Positions 12,001 through 19,458 are shown, counted from the stretch's first letter. The stretch: DNA of 64,000 nt from Promethearchaeota archaeon (GCA_019058295.1 JAHPZI010000021.1:32001-96000), one strand, 5' to 3'. The notes: generated by a model from the letters alone, not told the origin. A program made the numbers and translations.

Positions 12001-13999
12001 CAAATTAATTAATAGACATTCGGTGTCAAGGGATCCCAATACTGGTGATCTGAAATTAGAGCTTAATAAAGCAACCGATAAGGAATTTTATAATGCATGG
12101 CTGACATTAATTCAGAATGACATAAGACGTGGTGGCTCAAGGTTTATTGATTATGCCCGTCTCTTATTTAAAATAAATCCAGAGACCGGTTATCCCGATC
12201 TGACTCAACCAAAAAGATTTTCTCTCGGTAGATACTTCACTGTTGATGAAAGAACAACTTCCTATACCAATGATATTGCTCTAGTCGAGGCAATTGATAA
12301 GACAATGACAGGGATATTCGGACATACTGGATACGCGTTAATATTCTCCGGCATGATGTCATTTACCGAAGATGCATCATCTCCTAATAGAATTAGGGTA
12401 GATTCACTCTTATTTAGTTTGGAGCAATTAGGTGCTCTTTTCAACAGGTTTGGTATTAAAGCGCTTAATACAAGATTAGGAGAGCTTGGTGTTTATAGAA
12501 AAAGTCATTTAACGGCTCAAGGCCTTAGCGTTCTTTCATCATTCTTTTTCACAGGATATTCACATATTGTTAAGGACGTTGTTAAAATAACAGCTTCCGG
12601 TCAGGAATCGTATGAAACTGCATTAAGGGTCGCTTCAAGCTCTAATGAGGGCGCTTTGAATGATTATTTTCTAAATTATCAACCCTCGGGAGGACTATCG
12701 TACGCAAGAGCAACGAATTTATTTATAAATAGTGAATATGTGAAATATACAAAAGATATTAACCTTGAAAGAGAAAACACAGTCGGAAGGGGAATGCTCC
12801 AAGCGTTAATATTTGAGAAGATCGATGAAAAACTCTATGATATGTTTGTAAAGACCAATGGATATGAGCAATTTGAACAATTTAAAAATAATCCAGAGTT
12901 TTGGCATCTTTGGACTGGAATTATGTTAAAAAGTATTGTACGCCAGTACATTGATCAGCCTTCCTCAGTAATGGATTCGAAATTTGCAGTAGAAATAAGG
13001 AATGCCATAATGAATAAGCGAGATGCTCGTATCAATATTCAATCAACAGCCACATTTTGGCCATACACTTCAAATAAGTTAATTAAGAGAGGGGTCGAGA
13101 TAATTATTCGCTATGATGAATTAATGAAGATTATTAATGATATTTACTTTACTTTAGTATTTGGATATAGTGGAGCTAACACTTATAAGCAACACGGTAG
13201 TATGTCTCCTGCTGGTTACGATCTTGCGTTCGACTTGCATTGGACAGATGAGTTGCAGGGCAAGGTTATGAAGGCATACGATACCCTCTGGAATATGTTC
13301 AAATTAAAAGAATATGGTCCTAATGAAGAATATAAAGCTTATTTTTATGCAGGAACGGGCGGAGGTTTTAGCACTAAGAGGACCCTCCATGATAATTATG
13401 GACAATTAGGTTTTGTTCTCCATTCTTTTCCATTTAAACCCGGAAATGATATGGAATTGCATAAAGCCATTCAAAGTATTCTTTTTTATACATTTTCCTT
13501 ACCTGATGTATTCTGTGTTATTAAAACAGGTACATCAACTAACGATGATACATTTTTAGTTTCAAATATTTTCAGTACCTTTTCTACGGAAGATGTAATG
13601 TCATCTTCCGGTGTTGATGATACATTCAGCCTTACACCGTATTGGGCCGAATATATACGCGACGATGTATTCGGTTATTTGGATGAGAATCCTGATATCA
13701 CTGAAGAGGAATTATTATCTTACTTTCCTGCAGAACGTCATGATGATGTTAAAATGTTCAAATTACAGTATGAACTCGGGAACGTATTTTCTGATACCGA
13801 CATTAGATTCTTTTTGGGATTTCATGATGCGGGAAAGACCACACACAATGATGAGACTCAGAAGGAGATGCTTGCATGCATATGGCAATTATATTTCAGT
13901 AATTTATTCCTTAGGAGATTGGAGGCTATGGGTGTTGATAGGCCATATTATTATGTTAATTTAGAGGATCTAACAAGAGACAAATATTTAACATCATAG
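2..13999 (+). CDS. Giant (>4,660 aa, 5'-truncated) protein: acidic extracellular-type N-terminal region with a ConA/LamG-like segment and DxDxDG motifs, central hydrophobic helices, basic helical C-terminal region
   Basis: ORF track gives 116..13999, but the same frame is stop-free from position 2, so the true start probably lies outside the window. Motifs: DIDMDG (nt ~4646), DSDKDG (~4688), DRDLDG (~5141), DSDLNG (~6053). Hydrophobic segments at ~6470-6600, ~6870-6975 and ~7865-7955. Confidence 0.85.
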   Translation: MSIGKPYDYVLSAHGFPIGDYVDTTDYCEVKSNEDSGLMLSSESPLPIRDYRLAYLPNGSKYILFNETETNIMSNYADNYAGDDYYIMVDYWANEKFSHGLDYDILEYPNNATAYIKWKYRSSSSTSFTLHPDLSSNSSFSVYYSALQWAFQDARYIDTKTDLIIFNPTKTSQISVPYDEDATEETFSIQNIVPEDQYLDSSIFTHITMTIWDGQYPDSIQEYKLNTIISGLIEPKIPEDPENPKYYFYTLDFDVLKDLLSDVKAGYTIIPYTYVSVGVQFIPDQMRYPLSTTPINYQYLNYEVSDEIPNPRDYAIKLTIPDDDNSPDDRDIFYSYEDPDDDHPNFHDYVNKIKDNWIYFNDVNIPDGQEIYVEYTYKLSCGLLEKKHFTMITYPWTRAFDTILGDVLQDTSSDSGITYRERYRKTSGGSIITPFEYSLSAEDTYSLYLSYRLNSRENMDLKIPMDYAKYVEIPNDYNKYYVFDLFRYGFEAYLDIVENDEIVVYYYNKFGQKFFLDESLWEINFELNTIKIFTDKTGQGGYDRNPITNPNPNMPHEFYVSFNTGSGDKEYYTHRFSYNPNDPIEFSLDVSNWELKNGDRLGVIPNLGGYYFMNEDESSYTEMVCHASQISSYINDGQSLIFDMHTEFMEMDYSDLLQDIRSGEFLSLYIQANMINYESLERLEINLRTLGTPSVIFSTQVMTREELMMNDFAIKIDFPLGSPDLQNIGSIEFVPIFRTDEEYSVGAESVGIPHFQDIQWSEESAYYDEDGNKFMSIILEEKLMAIPDVAYLFNTRLDHLKLPEGVKVTSYSQNDVFGSEEYILEIPSTYINPESPEGVKEILSFKDGENIIIRYYSPVEKGLSLTIGKLYFDSKPYGYDSENPVAEFMLVNADNSSDYLNFTDNYYLSIPIDMTPFNTEFMGSYKAIRYDFNLIDNLKGSFGDAEVVGTHGTNIRFVDEAELYDAECIIIDEWQGKEKVIRLQGDGSATGEMPYIGHRRIQDTSGTIEFLIGSNDVSSNYVFGVGEEGVAFVGLIWIQGSYLYYQDENFDLQKIQDDPIQNNVFYHIKIEYHDTTNTWDIYVDNMIVPEVEGALTTMPQVDGVDGFMLQNQGDSSDYLYLTDYKDDQGFNWGELIQVDEVDDFSHIVISMPYLSDELTLDSMIIQRNTEDISPDYIATDERVWEYTSLKTFISGEDPSTDEYYFNIPSDIFGGEDWLDYLLISDENYNHYQAIIVENDDPEKNTDDYQLIWNPSGGYFEWNDGFDKYSEYFGMLIEAPEIIENNTELSIEYCVEDSWKEPIILSYPNIVYDTVDIIYDYDSLLTPHYEEWYGEFHENSDYDYEVVQYYPIKFTIYTEINDYTLNIEEKLGIEDLSTNDFINLSICKVTGLNATLDDTILDWSYDSTTKDITITNPDPSNGYLNQFDIIIVTLNFSAGPVSHSSEIIFSDEFYQTYLSEQTDTGYQTLYDTFYDLFSIEFQFKTTIGEYLFVADSEAIIQGYAFEPIDYSKNTLLTNVNNINTITHYYYASYLRFDIFENEFNTIYQADIDMDGTPEYKQEIDSDKDGRIDITKYGIEDPENPLDVLWYLIIQDYETTSVMKEKRVEPESRTEWFDIDDKLFATYKFSWKEFAEGIIGDIEIDPMELIEVLQKDPIAQLKFFADIFIEGLINLLNTLASAFGAPDMDYWAQKSLQQYYDQETTITSKYYSITTDRDLDGYTDSQYIYEMKDIKTDLEVTSVEETILAARQYKFMDRLSEYIAKVIAECCDIVQWVASLCSTSSQFDPRTDGAALHFKEDPIFNDKLTKEDLERGHVSHASLSSSFVEYHKTTLMLYSTEQVSETITVQDWNQGEIEETRVYEDKFYNNYRDLYEGDDILIKNLATNQLQSISSDVGFPVSEPESLEWDVPTWEERGYDSIPVKYDSLTITGEGESDTGESTTINYYEKEVKIVIPNRYCLADDYLKTIPEERTDEGNAEFDVTGIFITPNSGKVYYTSDKETYKKGEAKTEGHYLYYDSDLNGFYETVYILEPESGGKYKVMAIGYNYDNDHKFSPYSRVDTGTTIEDSFDRISDMTFHFIRFWRYHMGRLKNCELLFPKENYDGYQARDTIFSISKLVNYEKGTPKTELFYEVRHKVYDDLWEQYKGDFYDSLGEQVLMLIVATGLQTVVKVAFDLATYQTAGKWFGRATFIFVYTLMSKYFMDKKMHEAQALQRAFTFHSIEHDRRNPKSINERAWGDKLIGDSMIAAIIGHPNAYYSTAFGVNNENGREYTADVLVSPPNPYRMYDAAGIIAFLGANIGASMVSLFPIVIGTLANWIASIVGGEVYTEAQMQDIIFKMDPDMMGSLEFDDVNLDYSLLTNELFALPFITSEEKGTRTYGYFEYSGRGGGGDNFMKQSYRYNTLGYLEHQIEERTSGDLDTIRAVCVNGKPYYEFVNSGDPETFTSLPASPLYQPIVLSKKRYNELNNEKLKGHMYVVARARAAEETRGINPYDLTIYEKEFYKAKIPLKYTFNYPIDSVTIEVRRVRNDRLEDEIKVKSSYYVLDGGHLYFTETLDQIIEEDIDGWRSWQIYDDYYYLIHIEFYRFVAMDDSEEQNRLALTQATSYAISDYFNQYEYAATGASMIAELAFTIQITTLSTAITYPFMVLTESASKAAEERGKTKGLIEAGVADTGQKEIYEAGYKWLLKQFIKMAFSKKTLLKFAKAVVMETLEEITIDSLFETAIPELVNTFGGTDYIGQWLSSLAQSIREQIPWGRLIGINKPDLDILQVVTDYMANDESITEKVAQYKIKYKEEKSEEARKKLQKEFIKQLVKHMDAKFKQKGIADLILDLILKQIRKGTLKGYTYQQAIMYFNTWLKANNADLVNKFLKIGQDDFGEIPIPAMSAEAIDFISTIVQKLKLPRVVQAVVILNNRMLKHQVSPDLKVAAKMNERIKSTLEETLAPEFRKKKEQMHLFDKIENMKQGQSSLDTIDRASKVAEGMEKARAEQPKGIGVRLGEALRGIQKLAEYIDPRSRVIRGKTEEKSIGWIFELTEEMKKAGKIRVKDLFAKIRKEHNVFKDANGNDIPIAIEILGEIIGVQLEVGGEIYRQTIETKNEDGKWEQMTVTGDTDWQKVKDFLNFKTDPESMKNKENHIIVRVAERDQNGQWVISGMPEFTGRDVRASWVYKDLPAALRFRAENSHLFGGISTFDSIFNTRKRAELLNKFAENFYEKIKKPAEKHFKELFEKFSVEEVFKKMFFDGNVYSSEAKKRFMDENGLLKTKEWNKWVKFWEKYYKDHYSKMFKNTDADTMEWLINNRIGAVIADYISREFLKTGKVQPSTEGVSYSTQDDMINNMQELMNRDDLDFQIRKMIAHFSVGKGQTALYQAIAECVENGVKEESLIVNNNPGAYIGAILEAQYKFSVAVVAMAEAFKKIGFKEIDGAYQWMEYTSYMKLRGDFVSDGLKASNEKDNKIIADLYERMLNADIKASKYAPQDARIFDCLVAIFRESILSFHCKNTGKLIRNGKLSKSLSNTQLKGLAADSLSTIFPDVFLYLFEENSRPDRKHISELVGPVDINTINKLLEQRVAMDKLSKVIGSDGTLKGPAEQAFYQEIVELINKEIKKEGKTTKQEVKDLIFKLINDPDIYKKFKDIAKKTFGKDKAKQMGTTFYSDARNKFTNSKVLDTLICTYSGGVEVVWVTDLGFHLKTDITLPFNSLPNNIRYYDPTDSNFVSDSAILTKSKSILTNSKFGELIERGFVFMVCHIRNGPNQAENFLFAIPPGVEFGKIYDSFSLPENAFVGYYNKEDGKRYIVLLNDRQGNVLFNKFVLVAGEFQDLGENWYETNWDEEEREIIYEGRIVKMKVLEYVRSMIWSTGKSFLPFIQEAEYRVVPVDAYNTHLPAEKISPATKRSRLEVILNPNPDPKTLEKLKSLATVLYQMTGTISLRRKRAEVKQLFYTNDFLNLFNDGELYTILGFSEIIRKGLAPRDGDFINTPGNVLYDPNLATDWLKLINRHSVSRDPNTGDLKLELNKATDKEFYNAWLTLIQNDIRRGGSRFIDYARLLFKINPETGYPDLTQPKRFSLGRYFTVDERTTSYTNDIALVEAIDKTMTGIFGHTGYALIFSGMMSFTEDASSPNRIRVDSLLFSLEQLGALFNRFGIKALNTRLGELGVYRKSHLTAQGLSVLSSFFFTGYSHIVKDVVKITASGQESYETALRVASSSNEGALNDYFLNYQPSGGLSYARATNLFINSEYVKYTKDINLERENTVGRGMLQALIFEKIDEKLYDMFVKTNGYEQFEQFKNNPEFWHLWTGIMLKSIVRQYIDQPSSVMDSKFAVEIRNAIMNKRDARINIQSTATFWPYTSNKLIKRGVEIIIRYDELMKIINDIYFTLVFGYSGANTYKQHGSMSPAGYDLAFDLHWTDELQGKVMKAYDTLWNMFKLKEYGPNEEYKAYFYAGTGGGFSTKRTLHDNYGQLGFVLHSFPFKPGNDMELHKAIQSILFYTFSLPDVFCVIKTGTSTNDDTFLVSNIFSTFSTEDVMSSSGVDDTFSLTPYWAEYIRDDVFGYLDENPDITEEELLSYFPAERHDDVKMFKLQYELGNVFSDTDIRFFLGFHDAGKTTHNDETQKEMLACIWQLYFSNLFLRRLEAMGVDRPYYYVNLEDLTRDKYLTS

Positions 14000-14004
14000 A
14001 TGAT

Positions 14005-15363
14005 TTAAAATTTTAAGTATACTTTTATTCCTTTTTCTTCCAATATATTTTTTAAATACCAATCTTCCCTGATGTTAGTTCCAATTAACCATAAATTCTT
14101 TAATGAAGGAAGGTTGATTATTTCTTTTGGAATATCTCCTAATGGATTGCGGGATAGCCTAATATCTTCTATAGTTTCAATTTTAAATATTGATTTCGGT
14201 AGATATTTCAGTTTATTTACCCCAAGTTCGAGTAATTTCAATGATTTAAGATTACCAATAGATTCGGGAATTGACTCAAGAGAATTTGCTTCAAGATATA
14301 ATTTTTTTATTGCTTTTAAATTTCCTATAGATTCGGGAATTAATTCCAATTTATTACCACCAAGATTTAGATATTCAAGCGAACTGAGGTTTCCAATGGA
14401 ATCAGGAATCGTACTTAAATTATTATCGCCTAAATCCAGATACTTAAGTGAATTAATATCTCCTATGGATTCGGGGATATATTCTATTTCATTCTTGTAT
14501 GCATTCAGATGCTCGAGCAATTTAAGCTCTCCTATCCATTCTGGCAATTTTTTTAATTTTCCGACTTGTAAATCAAGATACTTCAAGTACTTTAATTCCA
14601 ACAGCCATTCAGGTAATTCTTCATTAGGTACAGCATAAAGAATCAAAATCTCGAGATTTTTTAATTTTTTTATTTGTTCTGGGATTTCACTAAGAGAGGC
14701 ACAAGTGAGATTAAGCCCCGCTACTTTACCATTTCTCCATAATATATTTCCATTAGATTCTAAGCGAGAGATAACAATGTTAAATTTGTCCAACCCGTTA
14801 ATTTGTAAATATTCGTGAGCGATCATCTCCAATTCCTCGATAATTTCGATATCCGAATTAAATAGCGCTCTTCGCTCCTCTTTTGTTAGGGCATCTATAT
14901 ATCCTTCATCATAACATAATAACTCCCGTATCCTTGTTGGGCCTTCCAGAAACCGCTTCACGACCTCTTCTTTAAAGACCCTTTTTGCCAAGGGATCACC
15001 CACCTTCGTTAATTTTTTCAAGAGAGGGAATGCCAGATTAGAATAAAGTAATCGTGTATTATAATTATTTTCTGCCCAGACCTGCATATTAGAACAATGT
15101 GCCCAAAATCTTGTTTCAGGAGGTATATCGATCAGATCAGGTTCGAATGTTTCTAATGAAGGATCTAATGAATGATCTAAATGTTCAGCAAATTCATCGA
15201 TGGATTTTATATTTTCAGTAAGATTTTCTATTTCATTGATAGTCTTTCTCATTAAAAGATATTTACATTGTAAATATGGATAGTCAGCTCCCTTTACGTA
15301 GATATTGGTTTCTCCATCTTCTAATTTCAGCGTTATATATTCATTTACTTTAAATTCTTCCAT
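14005..15363 (-). CDS. Leucine-rich repeat protein with Lokiarchaeia-type conserved N-terminal domain
   Basis: C-terminal half is LxxLxLxxNxLxxIPESIGNL repeats. The N-terminus (EFKVNEYITLKLE...FWAHCSNMQVWAENNY...LAFPLLKKL) resembles the expanded Loki LRR family as I recall it. Confidence 0.9.
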   Translation of the reverse strand: MEEFKVNEYITLKLEDGETNIYVKGADYPYLQCKYLLMRKTINEIENLTENIKSIDEFAEHLDHSLDPSLETFEPDLIDIPPETRFWAHCSNMQVWAENNYNTRLLYSNLAFPLLKKLTKVGDPLAKRVFKEEVVKRFLEGPTRIRELLCYDEGYIDALTKEERRALFNSDIEIIEELEMIAHEYLQINGLDKFNIVISRLESNGNILWRNGKVAGLNLTCASLSEIPEQIKKLKNLEILILYAVPNEELPEWLLELKYLKYLDLQVGKLKKLPEWIGELKLLEHLNAYKNEIEYIPESIGDINSLKYLDLGDNNLSTIPDSIGNLSSLEYLNLGGNKLELIPESIGNLKAIKKLYLEANSLESIPESIGNLKSLKLLELGVNKLKYLPKSIFKIETIEDIRLSRNPLGDIPKEIINLPSLKNLWLIGTNIREDWYLKNILEEKGIKVYLKF

Positions 15364-15547
15364 CTTTTAAAAAATAACTTTTCTAATTATTCTATGATAT
15401 AATAAGCATTCAGAAATTTAAATTTGATCTCCCTCAAGATTTTTGGACATAGATACAACCATGTTTTTCTATTGAATTTTTCTTTTTTTTTATTTTACGA
15501 TTATAAGTGTTTAAAATAAATCCAATATCTAAATCTTGAGATCTGTC

Positions 15548-15793
15548 ATGCATTAATTAAAGAATAGTCTTAAAGAGATTTAAGAATAGATTTAGTTAAT
15601 TTCTTTAAATACTATTTTAAGGTTAAAATTTCGTGTTATAAATTAGAAAATGAATAAAAGATATTACTTTAAAAATAATTCATTTGAAAAAAAGAAAATT
15701 TGACATATTTCTGTTAGGTTTTTAAGCTGATTTTTTCACGCTTATCTTGTTTTTTTTGTTTAGCTTAAATGTTTAGAACCTGCCAACATTTTT
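15548..15793. repeat. ~245-bp non-coding direct repeat, copy 1 (upstream of LRR gene 14005..15363)
   Basis: Aligns by eye along its length with 19117..19361, including shared blocks such as taaaatttcgtgttataaatta, aaaatgaataaaagatattactttaaaaa and aaatgtttagaacctg. Confidence 0.9.
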
Positions 15794-16377
15794 CTCTGAT
15801 CTTCCTGTAAGGAGAATTCCGAGCATTTCAGATTTTCCCCCTGAGGAGAAGAAATTGCATCCTCAATAGAAAACGCTAAAATGGAACTTCATGCTTTTAT
15901 TTATCGAATAAAATCCAAACAATTAGAGGAAGCTGAACCGCCCTCATCCCTATATGACAGAGAAGAAGTGGATTTATAGAAACTATTGATATTGTGCTTC
16001 GACCTCAATTGGTTCTCTATAGTAATTGCAAATCTTTAATTTTTTAGAAGTACTACTTTAAGATTATAAATTCAGCTCTTAGAATTCCTAATTTATTTCT
16101 TATAACTAAATTATTAATTTGTCTTATGAAATAAAAACTTTTTAAATTGCAAAGATTGTATAGAGTGCTATAAAATGGTATAAATCTTATTTTGGTTGTT
16201 GGAAAGGATGGTCTTATGACTGAGAAATGTTTTAGGATTGCTGAATACTACTGTTTTGTCTTAGAAAGAGCAATTCTGAAACGATATAAAGATTTCAAGA
16301 AGAAATACTATAAATATGACTAGATTATCATCTTTTGGTGAGGATAAAAAAAGCTTAGAACTACAGAAAAATAGAAA

Positions 16378-18801
16378 TTAACTAAAAATAGATTCAAAAT
16401 AATCTAAAGCATGTTTTTTTACATTTCTAAAAAATTTTTCATTAAAGGGATTTAAATCACGGTTATTTTTTAACCAGTTATTTAAGAGCGAGATAAAATC
16501 TGTCAATTTGTCCACACCCTCTTCGATGAAATCATCTCTCATGTCTTCATAATCATAGTAATCTTTTAATTTTATTTTTGAAGAATAAACATTGTTTTTA
16601 TATATATAGATAATAGGAATGTACTTTTCAATATTAGTTGCATATTTATTATTACAATCTGCATTCAATTCTCCTCTCTTTATCAATGAGACATAATAAT
16701 CCTTATCAATCTTTATCCCTTTTTTGACAAAATTAAATATCCTAAACGTACCAGAAATAACCTCAGATTGCTTTTTTTTATTTTTTTCCATTATATTCTT
16801 TACCATATAATCAATAAAAAAATCATCTAAACTATTCACTATTTTAAATAATGGGCTATATTTACCATCTTTGCTATGTTCACTCTCTATTTTCTTCTCG
16901 GAATCGATCCCGACTATTTTATCAACATATAATGCGATTTGTTCTAAAATAAATTCCATTTTTTCATTATTATAATTTAGAAGCTTTAAAAATTCACTAA
17001 AATCCATAAAATCTAATAAAAAACATAATTTGGTTATAAATATATCTGGTTTAAACCATAGATTAATCTTGGATCTAAAAATATCTACTATTTTATCTTT
17101 AAATTCAGGTTCCTTTGTTTGATCTTTTATAACGTTTAAAAGTTTAAGTGCTGAAGTATCTATAACATCTTCCTTTGTAAAAATATGTTCCAATAAATAA
17201 TCGATGTAATAAATCCCAATTTTCTCTAAAAAATATATTATATCTTTTGGGACATTACCCAATTTATCATCAACTTTTGCTAATAGAATTTGTATCAATA
17301 GTTCCCTGTTGTTTTTACCTAGTTTTCTGTCGATAAAACGCTTAAGGATCATCTCATTTAATTTTTGGGGCAATCTAGATTTTAGAATATTTTCATTATC
17401 TTGTGTTACTAATTTCTCTAACATTTTTTTATCTAATGAGTCTAAATAGTTAAAATACTCGTCAATAGATAATTTTTCTATTAGTTTATATGAGATACTT
17501 ACTAAACTTTCAATATTTTTAAAATTAAAATCATGAATGAAAGATTTCAGAGTATTAATATCACAAGATAATTTAAATATAGTATTCTCTTTTGAGATTG
17601 GGTCTAATTTGATGTGGTATTCTAAGAATGCCTCAGAAGAATATGGATTGGATATGCATCTATCAATTAGATTTTCTTTTAGAGACATAGGTAAATCTGT
17701 AATATTATTCTCTCTTAAATCAATTGTTCTGAGAGATTTTATGTTGGGTAACGATTCAGGGAGTCTCTCTAACCTATTATTCCTCAAATCTAATTTTTGA
17801 AGCATTTTTAGATTTCCTATCGACTCTGGGAGAATCTTTAATTTATTTCCATTTAAAGATAATATTAAGAGTGATGTAAGGTTGCCAACGGGCTCTGGAA
17901 GAGTCTCTAAAAAGTTTTCATTTAAAGATAATATTAAGAGAGAGGTAAGGTTGCCAATAGACTCTGGAAGAGACTCTAATCCGTTTCCATTTAAAGATAA
18001 TATTAAAAGCGATGTAAGGTTGCCAATAGACTCTGGAAGAGACTCTAATCTGTTTTCATCTAAAGATAATATTAAGAGAGAGGTAAGATTGCCAATAGAC
18101 TCTGGGAGTGCCGATAGCTCGCATTCACTAAGTCCTATTCCCATAACTTTATTATTCTCGGTTATAAAACCCATCTTAGTATCCCGCTTCATTCTAAGTA
18201 CTTGATTAAACTTTAAATTTGTTAATGTTTCTATTTCTTGAAGTGCATCTATTTCATATTGCGGAATTTGAGCATCTCTTAAGGCTACATCCTTAATTCC
18301 CCTCATTTCACCTAGCTTGGTCTCCACATCGCTTACAATTTCAGTTATAAGCTTTTTTCTTTCGGGAACGATAGATACTTTTGTTTGGGGAAGATTGATA
18401 TTTCCATCTAAGTGTAATAAATTATATTTACCCTGTCTCATCTTATTAATATGGTTAAATACATCGAAATTTGATTCATTAATCATACTTGAAATTTTAT
18501 CTACTTCTAATGGTTCATTTTCTATTAGTGTACTAATGATTTTTCTATTAATTCTTTCTTTCATGAGAAAATAGTAAAGTGCGTGTTCTCCTTCCATCTC
18601 ATAGGGGTGGAATAATTTGTATCCAAAGTATTTAAACTTCTTGATATTATTGGCTTTTATTAGTTCTTTTAATTGAAGTTTAATATAATTCTCAATAAAT
18701 GTAATTCCATCAAGAAAGAAATCACTAAAGGTAAATTGTTTTAATATTGAAAAGATATCACTTGGAAATTTTTTGATATATCTTAAAATTAAATCCTTCA
18801 C
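16378..18801 (-). CDS. Leucine-rich repeat protein with probable N-terminal winged-helix segment and helical C-terminal region
   Basis: LPESIGNLTSLLILSL repeats. RKIISTLIENEPLEVDKISSMINESNFDVFNHINKM is wHTH-like. GTG start. Confidence 0.85.
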   Translation of the reverse strand: MKDLILRYIKKFPSDIFSILKQFTFSDFFLDGITFIENYIKLQLKELIKANNIKKFKYFGYKLFHPYEMEGEHALYYFLMKERINRKIISTLIENEPLEVDKISSMINESNFDVFNHINKMRQGKYNLLHLDGNINLPQTKVSIVPERKKLITEIVSDVETKLGEMRGIKDVALRDAQIPQYEIDALQEIETLTNLKFNQVLRMKRDTKMGFITENNKVMGIGLSECELSALPESIGNLTSLLILSLDENRLESLPESIGNLTSLLILSLNGNGLESLPESIGNLTSLLILSLNENFLETLPEPVGNLTSLLILSLNGNKLKILPESIGNLKMLQKLDLRNNRLERLPESLPNIKSLRTIDLRENNITDLPMSLKENLIDRCISNPYSSEAFLEYHIKLDPISKENTIFKLSCDINTLKSFIHDFNFKNIESLVSISYKLIEKLSIDEYFNYLDSLDKKMLEKLVTQDNENILKSRLPQKLNEMILKRFIDRKLGKNNRELLIQILLAKVDDKLGNVPKDIIYFLEKIGIYYIDYLLEHIFTKEDVIDTSALKLLNVIKDQTKEPEFKDKIVDIFRSKINLWFKPDIFITKLCFLLDFMDFSEFLKLLNYNNEKMEFILEQIALYVDKIVGIDSEKKIESEHSKDGKYSPLFKIVNSLDDFFIDYMVKNIMEKNKKKQSEVISGTFRIFNFVKKGIKIDKDYYVSLIKRGELNADCNNKYATNIEKYIPIIYIYKNNVYSSKIKLKDYYDYEDMRDDFIEEGVDKLTDFISLLNNWLKNNRDLNPFNEKFFRNVKKHALDYFESIFS
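17822..18108. repeat. 69-bp tandem repeat (about 4 units) encoding near-identical LRR units
   Basis: taaagataatattaa recurs at 17854, 17923, 17992 and 18061 (period 69). Confidence 0.95.
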
Positions 18802-19116
18802 TTTATTAAATCCTCTTCAGATTTAATTATCTTAAAACCATCATTATACTTGAATTCTTTCATATCTTATAAAATTAAAACTTTTGTCTAATATAATAAT
18901 ATTATATATATTTAAAAGCCTTAAATTTCTGAATTTTTTTTACTTACTTTAATTAAACTTGAATGTATTTCTTTTAATCTAAAATTACATTCTTTACTAA
19001 TATTAAAAATAAAATTCTGAAAATTTCTTAAATCCCTCAGCTCCCCCTTTATGTTTATTATACTTCATTTAAATTATAACTATTCATTAAATTAGAGTGA
19101 ATTAATTTTTTAAAAA

Positions 19117-19361
19117 ATGCATTAAACACAGAACCATCTTAAATGGATTTAAAAATAGATTTAGTTAATTTTCTTATATATTATTTTAAGGCTAAAATTT
19201 CGTGTTATAAATTACAAAATGAATAAAAGATATTACTTTAAAAAAAATTCATTTGAAAAAAAGAATATTTGACATATTTCTGATAGGTTTTTAATCTGAT
19301 TTTTTCTTGCTTAACTTCTTTTTTTGTTTTACTCAAATGTTTAGAACCTGTCAACATTTTT
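19117..19361. repeat. ~245-bp non-coding direct repeat, copy 2 (upstream of LRR gene 16378..18801)
   Basis: Aligns with 15548..15793. Confidence 0.9.
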
Positions 19362-19405
19362 ATAACTGAGATTAGGTTTTATTTAATGCCAAATTAACCT
19401 ATTGT

Positions 19406-19448
19406 TCAAATAAAATTACATGAAGGGGTAAATCGTCCTCTCTTTTTT
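19406..19448 (-). pseudogene. Duplicated 3' end of msrA (41-bp exact copy, [13 protein letters not shown])
   Basis: 19408..19448 is identical to 25285..25325. The copy ends in TGA where msrA has TAA. Confidence 0.85.
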
Positions 19449-19458
19449 GAGAGATAAA

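Noticed and set aside
14072-14638. 188-aa + strand ORF with repeats, and similar ORFs at 17537..18574
   Set aside because: Antisense shadows of the LRR genes. The periodicity comes from the LRR units.
15794-16020. More GC-rich intergenic patch with a 32-aa ORF (MELHAFIYRIK...)
   Set aside because: Possibly a gene remnant, but no recognisable homology or motif to support a call.
17822-18108. Regularly spaced repeats as a possible CRISPR array
   Set aside because: Period is 69 nt (23 codons), in frame within an LRR gene, with no unique spacers and no cas genes.
19408-19448. 41-bp msrA copy as a self-targeting CRISPR spacer
   Set aside because: Not flanked by CRISPR-like repeats. Better explained as an att-like or duplication scar.
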